From Candidatus Saccharimonadota bacterium (GTDB lineage Bacteria > Patescibacteriota > Saccharimonadia > Saccharimonadales > UBA10212): 64,000 nucleotides of DNA. The notes beneath the pieces are model-generated. The model was not told the origin of the DNA. It did no database searches and was given only the letters and a program-made list of their open reading frames with translations. Shown here one piece after another: positions 1 through 10,579 of the stretch. The position numbers and the translations under genes were made by a program. The number at the start of each line of letters is the position of its first letter. Positions within the stretch are counted from its first letter, which is position 1. The stretch is from assembly GCA_016187125.1 (NCBI GenBank), contig JACPKF010000001.1, forward strand, positions 169,653 to 233,652, written 5' to 3'.

Positions 1-1123
<1,123 letters not shown>

Positions 1124-1124
1124 T

Positions 1125-1152
1125 GCTTATTGCTTATTGCTTATTGCTTATT
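1125..1152. repeat. Heptanucleotide microsatellite (GCTTATT)x4, immediately after atpD stop
   Basis: Perfect tandem copies read directly; followed by hairpin CCTGAGGagcCCTCAGG and atpC RBS. Confidence 0.9.
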
Positions 1153-1214
1153 GCTACTCGGCCGGCCATTCGAGGCCCTGAGGAGCCCTCAGGCTCTCGA
1201 AGAGAGGCTGCGTA

Positions 1215-1640
1215 ATGCTTCATTTTCAACTTGTCTCCACCAGCGGTACCAAATACGACGACGAGGTCTACGAAGTATTAGTGCCCACTCGCGCTGGCGT
1301 AGTTGGCATATTTGAAGACCATATGCCACTAATTTCGGCGGCTCAGCCGGGAGTCTTAAGTGTCCGTAAAAAAACTAACGATCCGGATAGTGCCATGGAG
1401 CACTTTGCTATTAATGGCGGCGTGGTTGAAGTTGATGGCAAAACTGTCCGTTTTATCGCCGACGACATCACCACCAGCGACGAAGTCAGTGAACAAGAAG
1501 CCAACATTGCTCTCAAGCGGGCTGAGGAGCTAGTCAAAAACGCCGACAGCCAAGTGGCTCTCCACGAAGCCCACCGCCTGCTGCATCACAGCTCGGCCAA
1601 ACTCCACCTCGCTCAACTCAAAAAACGCCACCACCGCTAG
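1215..1640 (+). CDS. atpC: ATP synthase F1 epsilon subunit
   Basis: 141 aa; N-terminal beta-sandwich motif typical of epsilon; follows atpD. Confidence 0.85.
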   Translation: MLHFQLVSTSGTKYDDEVYEVLVPTRAGVVGIFEDHMPLISAAQPGVLSVRKKTNDPDSAMEHFAINGGVVEVDGKTVRFIADDITTSDEVSEQEANIALKRAEELVKNADSQVALHEAHRLLHHSSAKLHLAQLKKRHHR

Positions 1641-1652
1641 ATTTGAAAAACT

Positions 1653-3269
1653 TTAAGCAGCTTGCGCCCAAGGAGCTATTCGTTCTTCTATTTGTTTGAC
1701 ATCGTGTTCCATCACCAGCTCGCCCGAATCGAGTACCTGCTCTAACGGGATTGAGTGGTCAAGCGGATTTACCTCGTCAACTACCGGGAACTGGATGTAG
1801 TCGGTACCATGTCCGGCCCGGTTTATTGTTACTAGCTTGAGTGTCCTGCCTGACTCTTCCCACAGCTTGGTTGCCTCGCGGAAATAATGTTGCGTGAATT
1901 CGAATGAGCCATCTACCCCGCAACCGAACGTCGGATATTCTTTGGGATCGACATGTAGGTGAGCGACCCTCTTAGCATCCTCCGGTATGGCAGCCTCGCG
2001 GTGAAGGTGTCCGCCGGCCCAAGTCGGTGCCATCACGATAGGACCGTTGTCATCTAATACAAAGCCTGTCCCATCCTTATTCAAGCGGACTCTGATCGGG
2101 TGCTCCTCAAGCATTTTGCGCATGGCCTCATAAAACTCTGCGCCCTCAACCGATGGTTTATTAGGCTCCAAACCTTCTATCCTGACACTGCCGACAGTAT
2201 CTTTATCGATCATGGTTAAGGGCACTATCTCGTTGGGCTGGAGATTGGCTTTGACGGCGCCCATCTGGCCGGTAGCTGAGGATAAGAAGTAATCCAGTAG
2301 TATTTCTTGTGACCAGAAGGCGCCCTCACCTTGCTGCGTAAATTCAGACGCTTGCTTTATGCGCTCACCCTGACTCCAGCTGCTCGTCAGTTCTTTTACT
2401 ACCACCGAATCTGAAAGATAGCCATATTTACCGAAAAGAGTGCCGCTACGACGGATTCCGTTGACTGCCCCTGAAGACATCCAGTTTGAGTATGTTATTT
2501 CTGGTATATCGGCAAGTTTCACATCAATTTTATTCGGTCTCATCGAAGCTGACACCCATTCGCGATAACCAAGTTCGTCGAGCATATCAGTCGGGAAGTA
2601 AGGATGTCCGCTTTCGAGTGTATTTCTGATAAGTCCCTTGAACTCTATTTTGCCGGATTTGGATCTAGTATAAAGACCGGCATTTAAATTCGACACGCCG
2701 TTGTTAACCATTAGACATCTAGCAAGCCCTATTTTTTGATCGTGAGTAGCATTTTCAATAGCGCCAGAATTGTCTTGTATCAGAGCTTGCAGAACAAGAT
2801 GTCTGGGCATTTCCCTAGCTTTTATCAGCCTTTTCCTGTTGGGAGCCCTAAAGATTTGGGCAACCTTTATGGCCTCTATACCTGCCGGTGGAATATTCTT
2901 TCGGACGATTTGATTAAATTTATCCAGATCCGATTCACCAAAAGCTGCTTCGATTTTCGCATGCAACTTACCCCACACCGAAAATTTATAAAATACGCTG
3001 TAGACAAGTTGTTCAGGGGTAATTATAGCATCGGATGGGACAACTAATTCTGCCGGCTGGCCACCACTAGCGACAAAACCTCGGCTGGTCTCGGTGCGTA
3101 TGAAATCCATTGTCGGTCTTAGATTTGCAGCTAAACCCGACTCTTTTGAAACAATGGTTGGCTCAGTCAACCAATGCTGATAGGGGTGACGTTCGCGCCA
3201 TGCACTATAGTGGGATAAATCAATACCTGAAGGTGGGCTACTCGGCCCACTTTCGTGTGATGTTAACAT
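1653..3269 (-). CDS. Hypothetical protein, 538 aa, no recognisable family; His-rich C-terminal region (HLH..HLH..GHG)
   Basis: Long uninterrupted ORF convergent with atpC and co-directional with ORF 3308-3730; inserted between atp and pur genes. Confidence 0.6.
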   Translation of the reverse strand: MLTSHESGPSSPPSGIDLSHYSAWRERHPYQHWLTEPTIVSKESGLAANLRPTMDFIRTETSRGFVASGGQPAELVVPSDAIITPEQLVYSVFYKFSVWGKLHAKIEAAFGESDLDKFNQIVRKNIPPAGIEAIKVAQIFRAPNRKRLIKAREMPRHLVLQALIQDNSGAIENATHDQKIGLARCLMVNNGVSNLNAGLYTRSKSGKIEFKGLIRNTLESGHPYFPTDMLDELGYREWVSASMRPNKIDVKLADIPEITYSNWMSSGAVNGIRRSGTLFGKYGYLSDSVVVKELTSSWSQGERIKQASEFTQQGEGAFWSQEILLDYFLSSATGQMGAVKANLQPNEIVPLTMIDKDTVGSVRIEGLEPNKPSVEGAEFYEAMRKMLEEHPIRVRLNKDGTGFVLDDNGPIVMAPTWAGGHLHREAAIPEDAKRVAHLHVDPKEYPTFGCGVDGSFEFTQHYFREATKLWEESGRTLKLVTINRAGHGTDYIQFPVVDEVNPLDHSIPLEQVLDSGELVMEHDVKQIEERIAPWAQAA

Positions 3270-3307
3270 AGACTAGTTATACCAGATATAAGAGAAAAGT
3301 ATAGTGT

Positions 3308-3730
3308 TTAGTCCGGGGCGCCTCTGCCCAAATCATCCAAAAGCACAATGAGTTCATCCGTTGCAATGTTTGAACAATCAATCTTCTCCTGCATAGTAAT
3401 AATATAACCTTGCAGCAGTCTTTGAACCTTAGCTGCTTCACTGCGCCATAAAAAGTGAATTGACTCAGGGTTATTAAGAAAATACCGTGAGGTCAAATGA
3501 ACTGATCCAAAAAATGGTCCGATATCGGCTTCGACGTTCAGCAGGTCGTGAATCCGAACGCTGACTATTTTGGCTATTCGAAAGAAGGGACGATGAACAA
3601 TAGTTGCCTTTTCGCGGTCAATGGTAATCGTGTCGGGAAAAAGTATAAAAGGAAAAACCGTATTAGCTGAAAATAATACGTCGTGAGACTTAATAGCTAC
3701 GTCGTAGAGCTTCTCCGTACCTTTGTCCAT
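3308..3730 (-). CDS. Small hypothetical protein, possible bacterial PH-like (bPH_2/DUF304-like) domain
   Basis: 140 aa; segment TIDREKATIVHRPFFRIAKIVSVRIHDLLNVEADIGPFFGSVHLTS resembles the bPH_2 pattern (Arg..hydrophobic..GxxxG..xTLxIxT); immediately upstream of the 538-aa ORF on the same strand. Confidence 0.45.
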   Translation of the reverse strand: MDKGTEKLYDVAIKSHDVLFSANTVFPFILFPDTITIDREKATIVHRPFFRIAKIVSVRIHDLLNVEADIGPFFGSVHLTSRYFLNNPESIHFLWRSEAAKVQRLLQGYIITMQEKIDCSNIATDELIVLLDDLGRGAPD

Positions 3731-3796
3731 ATCCGGCGATACCCCTCATATAAGCACTACGATTGTAGCATGGCATTTGTGCAGGAATTGTCAGAT

Positions 3797-6700
3797 TTAT
3801 CTCACTTGAGCCCAATCACGGGCGTTTTGGAAAAGCTTGAACCATGGTGACTGCTGCCCCCAATCGCTGGGATGCCAAGATAACTGCTTGGTTAAAAATA
3901 CTCGTTCGGGATGAGGCATTATAATCGTGGTGCGACCATCAGGAGTCGTTAAGGCAGTTATACCCTGTGGCGAACCATTAGGATTGCTGGGATATTTTTC
4001 GCTCACTTTTCCGTAATTGTCAATAAATTGCAGCGGCACTAGGCCATCATGAAGTGCCCTGGCCGCGCCTTGGCTGTCGCTAAATTCTGCCCGGCCCTCA
4101 CCATGAGCTGTCGGGATTGGCAAATAACTGCCTTCCATGTCCTGAAAGAAGATTGAGGGCGATTTATTAATTTTTACCAGAGCTAATCGGGCTTCAAATT
4201 GCTCTGACTTGTTTTTCAAAAAACGCGGCCACATTTCCGCCCCGGGAATTATATCTTTGAGCGCCGCAAACATTTGGCAGCCATTGCAAACGCCGAGACT
4301 GAAGCTATCCGGACGGGCAAAAAAGTCTCCGAACATTTTGCGCAAATCATAATTAAAAAGTATCGATTTAGCTATTCCCTCTCCTGCCCCCAGTACGTCT
4401 CCATAAGAAAACCCGCCACAGCTTACCAAGCCCGCAAAATCATCTAGCGAAACCTTGCCGCCGGCTAAATCTGTCAAATGGACATCAACTGCCCTAAAGC
4501 CAGCTAAGTCAAAAGCGGCGGCCATTTCAACGTGGCCGTTGACTCCTTGTTCACGCAAAATCGCGACTTTTGGCCGGTTTTTATGATGGCGCTCAATTAA
4601 GTTAAAGGTGGTTCTGACTGATAAACCGGGATATTTATCGTCAGCTACTAGGTTTAATTCTTCTTCGGCGCAATCTGGGTTGTCGCGCAGTTTTTGTATT
4701 TGGTAGCTGGTGTCGGCCCACATTCTTTCTAGTCGGACACGGCTGTTTGAATAAAGCAGTTTGGATTTATTTTTAATTACAATTTCTTGCTTCGGGATAG
4801 TCTTAGCAAGATCATAAACGCATCGGCCGACGGCTGCCTTAAGATCTGATAACACCGTTGGCAAGTCGGACGATTTGACCTGAATAAGCACGCCCAACTC
4901 TTCGTTAAATAAAATCTCGGTTGCTGTGCCGGGTAAACCGGCGATATCAACCTCAAGTCCCAGTCGGCTGGCAAAACTCATCTCACAAAGAGCCGTGATT
5001 AGGCCGCCGTCGGAGCGATCGTGGTAAGCCAGGATTTTACCTTGCTTGTTGAGTTTTTGGATAACCCCAAAGAAGTTCCTAAGAATTTCCGGCTCGGCAT
5101 CAGGACAGACGTTACCTACTCGGTTATAAACCTGGGCCAGAGCCGAGCCACCCAAGCGGTTTTTACCTCTGCCCAGATCGATAAGTATCAGGCTGGTATC
5201 GCCTGGCTGTAGCTGCGGCGTAAGTGTTAAAGAAGTGTCGGCAACCGGCGCAAAAGCGCTAATAATTACCGATAAGGGTGATGTGACTGACTGATTTTTG
5301 CCTTTTTCATGCCAAAGCGTGCGCATGCTCAGCGAGTCTTTGCCCACTGGAATGGTTAAACCAAGTGCCGGGCAGAACTCTTGACCTAAAGCTTTAACTG
5401 AGTCATAAAGATTTTGATCTTCGCGGTTGTAGCCGGCAGCCGCCATCCAGTTAGCCGATAGTTTTACGTCAGACAGTTTAGCGATAACAGCAGCCGCAAT
5501 ATTGGTGATGGCTTCACCGACTGCCATCCGAGCCGAACTGGGCGCGTCGATCAAAGCCAGAGGAGTGCGCTCGCCCATGGCCATTGCCTCTCCTGTCTGT
5601 CCTTGGTAGGAACTTGCACTCACAGCTACATCACTAACCGGTACCTGCCATGGCCCGACCATTTGATCGCGAACCACTAGGCCACCAACAGTCCGATCGC
5701 CAATCGTTATTAAAAACTTTTTACTGCCGACACTCGGTAGGTGCAGAACTCTCTCTATAGCCTCCTCGACATCAATTTCCTGAAAATCGAACGGAGGAGA
5801 TAACTTTGCCTGACGATTAAAACGGCGGGTCATTTTGGGCGGGCTGCCAAATAAAATATCCAGCGGTAGATCAACCGGTTGATTGGAAAACAGCTTATCA
5901 TTAATGATTAACCGTTTGTCAGTCGTTGTTTCGCCTATGACAGCAAATGGACAACGTTCCCGCTGACAAATGCCGGCAAATGTAGCGAGGTCTTTTTCAT
6001 TAATAGCTAAAACATAGCGTTCCTGAGCTTCATTGCACCAAATCTCCATCGGCGACATCCCAGGGTCGGCGTTTGGTATGTCCCGCAGTTCTAACTTTGC
6101 TCCTAAACCTTGGTCGTGTACCATTTCCGGAACTGATGTAGACAGGCCTCCGGCTCCGGCGTCGTGAATTGAAATAATCGGATTTTTATCGCCGTGGGAC
6201 CAACAACTGTTGATAACTTCCTGAGCTCGGCGCTGAATTTCGGCATTGGCTCTTTGGACTGAAGCAAAATCTAGTTCCTCTTCGCTCTCGCCGCTTCGCA
6301 TACTGGAAGCCGCGCCGCCACCCAGGCCAATTTTCATGGCCGGCCCACCAAGCACGATTATTTTAGCACCAGGCTGGACATTGCTTTTTTTAACATGCTC
6401 ATTACGGATATTGCCAACGCCCCCGGCAATCATAATCGGCTTATGGTAACCCCAAACTGTGCTCTTATCTAGTTCTGGAACTGATTGCTCGTAGGTTCTA
6501 AAATAACCGCCAAGATTAGGCCGGCCAAACTCATTATTAAAGCCGGCAGCCCCAAGCGGCGCTTCGATCATTATATCTAGCGGTGATGCGATTTGACCTG
6601 GCTTCCCGTAATCTTTTTCCCAGGCCCGGATTGCTCCAGGGATCCGTAAATTGGAAACGCTATAGCCGCTTAGGCCAGCCTTCGAGCGTGATCCTCGGCC

Positions 6701-7651
6701 AGTGGCTGCACCATCCCGAATCTCACCTCCAACACCCGTAGCTGCTCCCGGAAATGGCGCGATAGCTGTAGGGTGATTATGGGTCTCAACCTTGGCAACC
6801 AGATGAGCTGGTTCGGTATGTGTTTGGTAATCTTTACTTACTGGATCTGGGAAAAACCACTCGGCCGCGCCACCTTTTATTACCGCTGCGTTGTCCGAAT
6901 AAGCCGATAAGACGTTATCGCCGGCCTTCTCATAGGTATTTTTAATCATCTTAAATAAGCTTTTGGATGTGGGCATTCCATCAACGACCCAGTTAGCATT
7001 AAATATTTTATGGCGGCAGTGCTCCGAGTTAAGCACGCCAAACATCATTAGCTCGGCATCAGTCGGATTACGGCCTAATTTCTTATAAGCCAGGTGCAGA
7101 TAATCTACCTCGTCATCCGAGAGAGCCAGGCCCATGGAAGTATTAGCTTGCTCAAGAGCTTTTTTTCCATTATTTGAAATGTCTATTATCTTGAGTGGCT
7201 TTGGCTTGGTGGCTTGGAATAAAATCTCGGCAGATTCCAATTTGTCCAACACTGCCTCTGTCATGCGGTCATGAATAAATGGGATTACTGCCTGTTTATG
7301 TAGAGATTTTTTAGAATTTATGTAGTATGCGGTGCCTCGTTCAATTCTTTGAACGTTGACTAGACCTGAGTTACGGGCAATATCTGTGGCTTTGGACGAC
7401 CAAGGCGAAATGGTGCCTGGCCGTGGCACCACTAGCAGCAATTGCCCATCCGAGGAATCTTTTAGGGGATCCCCGTAATTAAGCAACTCTTGTAGCTGTT
7501 TGTCATCTTTAGGCGAGATATTCTTAGCGTCTACGAAATGAATGTACTGAGCATCTACAGCTTCTATTGACGCGTCAACTTTTTGTAGCTGCCTAAGTAG
7601 TCTTTGCCGTCTAAAATCTGGTAATGCAGCCGGACCGTGATAGATTCGCAC
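3797..7651 (-). CDS. purL: Phosphoribosylformylglycinamidine synthase, single-chain large PurL with C-terminal glutaminase domain
   Basis: 1284 aa; FGAM synthase domains plus C-terminal class-I GATase (GVCNGCQMF); GTG start overlaps purM stop by 1 nt. Confidence 0.95.
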   Translation of the reverse strand: MRIYHGPAALPDFRRQRLLRQLQKVDASIEAVDAQYIHFVDAKNISPKDDKQLQELLNYGDPLKDSSDGQLLLVVPRPGTISPWSSKATDIARNSGLVNVQRIERGTAYYINSKKSLHKQAVIPFIHDRMTEAVLDKLESAEILFQATKPKPLKIIDISNNGKKALEQANTSMGLALSDDEVDYLHLAYKKLGRNPTDAELMMFGVLNSEHCRHKIFNANWVVDGMPTSKSLFKMIKNTYEKAGDNVLSAYSDNAAVIKGGAAEWFFPDPVSKDYQTHTEPAHLVAKVETHNHPTAIAPFPGAATGVGGEIRDGAATGRGSRSKAGLSGYSVSNLRIPGAIRAWEKDYGKPGQIASPLDIMIEAPLGAAGFNNEFGRPNLGGYFRTYEQSVPELDKSTVWGYHKPIMIAGGVGNIRNEHVKKSNVQPGAKIIVLGGPAMKIGLGGGAASSMRSGESEEELDFASVQRANAEIQRRAQEVINSCWSHGDKNPIISIHDAGAGGLSTSVPEMVHDQGLGAKLELRDIPNADPGMSPMEIWCNEAQERYVLAINEKDLATFAGICQRERCPFAVIGETTTDKRLIINDKLFSNQPVDLPLDILFGSPPKMTRRFNRQAKLSPPFDFQEIDVEEAIERVLHLPSVGSKKFLITIGDRTVGGLVVRDQMVGPWQVPVSDVAVSASSYQGQTGEAMAMGERTPLALIDAPSSARMAVGEAITNIAAAVIAKLSDVKLSANWMAAAGYNREDQNLYDSVKALGQEFCPALGLTIPVGKDSLSMRTLWHEKGKNQSVTSPLSVIISAFAPVADTSLTLTPQLQPGDTSLILIDLGRGKNRLGGSALAQVYNRVGNVCPDAEPEILRNFFGVIQKLNKQGKILAYHDRSDGGLITALCEMSFASRLGLEVDIAGLPGTATEILFNEELGVLIQVKSSDLPTVLSDLKAAVGRCVYDLAKTIPKQEIVIKNKSKLLYSNSRVRLERMWADTSYQIQKLRDNPDCAEEELNLVADDKYPGLSVRTTFNLIERHHKNRPKVAILREQGVNGHVEMAAAFDLAGFRAVDVHLTDLAGGKVSLDDFAGLVSCGGFSYGDVLGAGEGIAKSILFNYDLRKMFGDFFARPDSFSLGVCNGCQMFAALKDIIPGAEMWPRFLKNKSEQFEARLALVKINKSPSIFFQDMEGSYLPIPTAHGEGRAEFSDSQGAARALHDGLVPLQFIDNYGKVSEKYPSNPNGSPQGITALTTPDGRTTIIMPHPERVFLTKQLSWHPSDWGQQSPWFKLFQNARDWAQVR

Positions 7652-8748
7652 TATCTAACCTCCAATGAATCAGCCGCAAATGTAATATTTTTAGGCTTGA
7701 TAACAACTTGTTTTGGTCCCTCTTCGACCTTGCCAGCCAACCACGATCTAAAGCCAAGGTTTTCAGCAATTCCTTGAGCCTTTTTTGCATCTTTTAAGGG
7801 CAAATATATAGCGTAGCCGGCGCCCATGTTGTAGTTACTGTACATTTCTTCATTATCGTTATTGGAGTGTTCCTGAATAAAGTCAAAAATTGGCTCCACC
7901 GGCGGTATATTTTCCAGATTGTAGGTAAACGTCCGTGTGGGGCGCATAATTTTACGCCAGCCATGCCCGGTAATGTTTGATAAATAATGAACGTCTAGGC
8001 CACTGTCAAAGAATTTCCGGACTACTGGCGCATATATATGGGTTGGCTTAAGGACTTCTTCCCCCAAAGTTCGTCCATTTGATAACTTTGTCTGATAACT
8101 GTCTTGCAGCGTGGCGGCAATTTTCCTTATTAGGCTAATACCGTTGGCATGCACACCGTTGGATTCAATCAGTAAAATAGCGTCGCCGGCCTTCAGGTTC
8201 TTTTCACTGAGCAGTTGATTTTTTGGTTTAATCACACCGAATGCTGATCCGGCTAATTCTAGAGCTCCTTTCTCAATGACATTTGGCAGAGACTGTGTTT
8301 CGCCTCCGCCCCAAGCCACCCCAGCTTTATCACAAGCTTTCCGCCAGCCACTAATAAACTCCTTTGCCAGCACTTGATCGCCTAGCCAATCGTATGAACT
8401 TGACGACCAATAGGCACTTAGGGCTACCGGGGTTGCGCCGACACTAATTAAGTCGTTAATAATGGCCGCTACGCTGTCTTGGGCCACCGCCCCGAAAAAT
8501 GATTTGCCTATTTGCTGATATACCGCCTGAGCGACCAAACTTTTTGTTCCCAGACCCTCAGAAATCAACGCGCCATATTGCTCACCCATATCAAATACGT
8601 AGGCCGATTCGCCCCTCGTGCTTTCTACTTCCTTAAACCCGAACGGTAAATTTTTGGCTGTGGCTCGACCTTCTTTTTGAGCCAAAACTTTCATCGGATC
8701 GGCCAGCGAGTAATTTACCGATTTATGATAAGAAAACTTTTTAGCCAT
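7651..8748 (-). CDS. purM: Phosphoribosylformylglycinamidine cyclo-ligase (AIR synthetase)
   Basis: 365 aa, AIRS/PurM family architecture; ATG at 8746-8748. Confidence 0.9.
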   Translation of the reverse strand: MAKKFSYHKSVNYSLADPMKVLAQKEGRATAKNLPFGFKEVESTRGESAYVFDMGEQYGALISEGLGTKSLVAQAVYQQIGKSFFGAVAQDSVAAIINDLISVGATPVALSAYWSSSSYDWLGDQVLAKEFISGWRKACDKAGVAWGGGETQSLPNVIEKGALELAGSAFGVIKPKNQLLSEKNLKAGDAILLIESNGVHANGISLIRKIAATLQDSYQTKLSNGRTLGEEVLKPTHIYAPVVRKFFDSGLDVHYLSNITGHGWRKIMRPTRTFTYNLENIPPVEPIFDFIQEHSNNDNEEMYSNYNMGAGYAIYLPLKDAKKAQGIAENLGFRSWLAGKVEEGPKQVVIKPKNITFAADSLEVR

Positions 8749-8753
8749 GGCTA

Positions 8754-9263
8754 CTACAGTTGGGAATTTTGCCAGCCTTCGGCTTGCAATTTCCGGTCCG
8801 CCTCTTTAACAGCATCGGTTTGGGCTTGCCTGTATGATTGGTATTTTTTGGCCAGAGCTTTATCGCTAAGCGCCAGAATTGCCACCGCCAGTAGTCCAGT
8901 ATTTTTGCCGCCATTTTCGGGCATGACCGCCAGTGGCACCCCGGGCGGCATCATAATGTTTGAAAATAAAGCCTCGTGATCATGGCCATCCCTCTTAATG
9001 GGGATGGAAAGCACAGGCAGATAGCTGTGGGCGGCCGCTACCCCGGCTAAATGAGCCGAACCGCCGGCGCCGGCGATAATAATTTTTAAGCCCCGAGCCA
9101 CAGCTGTTTTAAGATAGTCAGTCGTTTCGGCAGGAGTCCGATGCGCCGAAAGCACCCTTACTTCGTTTGCTACACCAAATTCGTCGAGTGTTTTTGCCGC
9201 TTCACGCATAACGTCGAGGTCCGACTTGGAACCCATAATAATACCCACGACTGGGTTTGCCAT
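8754..9263 (-). CDS. purE: N5-carboxyaminoimidazole ribonucleotide mutase (AIR carboxylase catalytic subunit)
   Basis: PurE motifs (GIIMGSKSD, AHRTP, AGGSAHL); ATG at 9261-9263 preceded by GGAGGA RBS (track ORF starts 15 nt further upstream at a GTG). Confidence 0.9.
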   Translation of the reverse strand: MANPVVGIIMGSKSDLDVMREAAKTLDEFGVANEVRVLSAHRTPAETTDYLKTAVARGLKIIIAGAGGSAHLAGVAAAHSYLPVLSIPIKRDGHDHEALFSNIMMPPGVPLAVMPENGGKNTGLLAVAILALSDKALAKKYQSYRQAQTDAVKEADRKLQAEGWQNSQL

Positions 9264-9370
9264 AGATCCTCCTATCACAGCTAGTTTATCTACTTATATT
9301 TTAACCCATAAAGTCCTCGCTGAACATCTGTTAATTTTATCTTCCCTAAATGACAAAAAACAGTAACTAA

Positions 9371-9412
9371 AGACACAACAAAAATCAGCGATCGCTGATT
9401 TTTGTTGTGTCT
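9371..9412. promoter_or_regulatory. Perfect 42-nt palindrome with GCGATCGC core in the divergent purE/purC intergenic region; candidate operator or bidirectional hairpin
   Basis: AGACACAACAAAAATCAGCGATCGCTGATTTTTGTTGTGTCT read directly; a related palindrome is at 19038-19069. Confidence 0.5.
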
Positions 9413-9471
9413 CCTGTGAGATTTTAAGTCAGGTTGTTTTTAACTAGTGACTACGGTTACAATATCAAGAG

Positions 9472-10431
9472 ATGGGTGTGCAAACAATTTCTCGGACTGA
9501 TTTTGCTTTTCCGGGGCAAACTGGGGTCTACCGTGGTAAAGTTCGCGACGTTTACGGCATCGGCGATAAATACATCGTTGCCGTCGCCACCGATAGGATT
9601 TCAGCCTTTGACGTTATTTTGCCTCGAGGCATTCCCTACAAGGGACAAGTGCTTAATCAATTGGCGGCTCATTTTTTGAAAGCCACGGAGGGGATTACGC
9701 CAAATTGGCTGGTGGCTGTGCCCGATCCAAATGTCAGCATCGGCTATAAATTCGAGCCTTTTAAGATTGAAATGGTTGTTAGAGGCTGTTTAGTCGGTCA
9801 TGCCTGGCGGGAATATAAGACTGGCAAAAGGCAAATATCCGGATTTGCAATGCCTGATGGCTTAAAAGAATATGACAAATTTCCGGAGCCGATTCTTACT
9901 CCCGCAACCAAGGCGGAAGAAGGTCACGACGAAGACATATCACCTGAAGAAATAGTCAGTAGAGGCTTAGCCACAAAATCGGAGTGGGAAAAATTAGCCC
10001 AACTCACCCACCAGCTATTTGCCAAAGGCCAGAAAATGGCTAAGGCTCGTGGTTTATATCTTGCCGACACCAAATATGAGTTTGGTAAATCCGGCGATAA
10101 AATATATCTTATCGATGAAGTTCACACCCCCGATTCCTCCAGATACTTTTACCTAGATAGTTACAATAAATATTCAAAAGATCGCAAAGACGAGCCAAAG
10201 CATTTGAGCAAGGAATTCGTCCGCGAGTGGCTGATGGAACAGGGTTTCAACGGCCGAAAGGGCCAGAAAATGCCTGAGATGACCGACGAATTCGTTAATT
10301 CGGTATCGGAGCGCTACATTGAATTATATGAAGAGATGAGCGGGCAGAAATTTATTAAACCGCCGGCCGGCCAAGATATAATGAAGCGAATAGAAACAAA
10401 TGCAAGGGAGGCTTTAGGAAAATTACAATGA
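9472..10431 (+). CDS. purC: SAICAR synthetase (long form)
   Basis: 319 aa; GKVRDVY motif and overall SAICAR synthase pattern; TGA stop. Confidence 0.9.
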   Translation: MGVQTISRTDFAFPGQTGVYRGKVRDVYGIGDKYIVAVATDRISAFDVILPRGIPYKGQVLNQLAAHFLKATEGITPNWLVAVPDPNVSIGYKFEPFKIEMVVRGCLVGHAWREYKTGKRQISGFAMPDGLKEYDKFPEPILTPATKAEEGHDEDISPEEIVSRGLATKSEWEKLAQLTHQLFAKGQKMAKARGLYLADTKYEFGKSGDKIYLIDEVHTPDSSRYFYLDSYNKYSKDRKDEPKHLSKEFVREWLMEQGFNGRKGQKMPEMTDEFVNSVSERYIELYEEMSGQKFIKPPAGQDIMKRIETNAREALGKLQ

Positions 10432-10504
10432 TTATCAATCACCTCCCATTTACTGTTAATTATTCACCTTTTACTGTGTGTTTACCTTTTACTGTTTACC
10501 ATTT

Positions 10505-10568
10505 AAAACCGAAAACGGATAATAGTAAATGCATAGAAAACCGAAAACGGATAATAGTAAACTGCATC
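10505..10568. repeat. Tandem 32-nt direct repeat (AAAACCGAAAACGGATAATAGTAAA + spacer) x2 just upstream of purB start; preceded by three spaced TTTACTGT repeats (10449-10495)
   Basis: Read directly; second copy ends 12 nt before the GGAG RBS of purB. Confidence 0.8.
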
Positions 10569-10579
10569 GGAGATGCTTA

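Noticed and set aside
9280-9470. Purine riboswitch or PurR box upstream of purC/purE
   Set aside because: No purine-aptamer consensus and no B. subtilis-type PurBox were seen. Only the palindrome reported separately is present.
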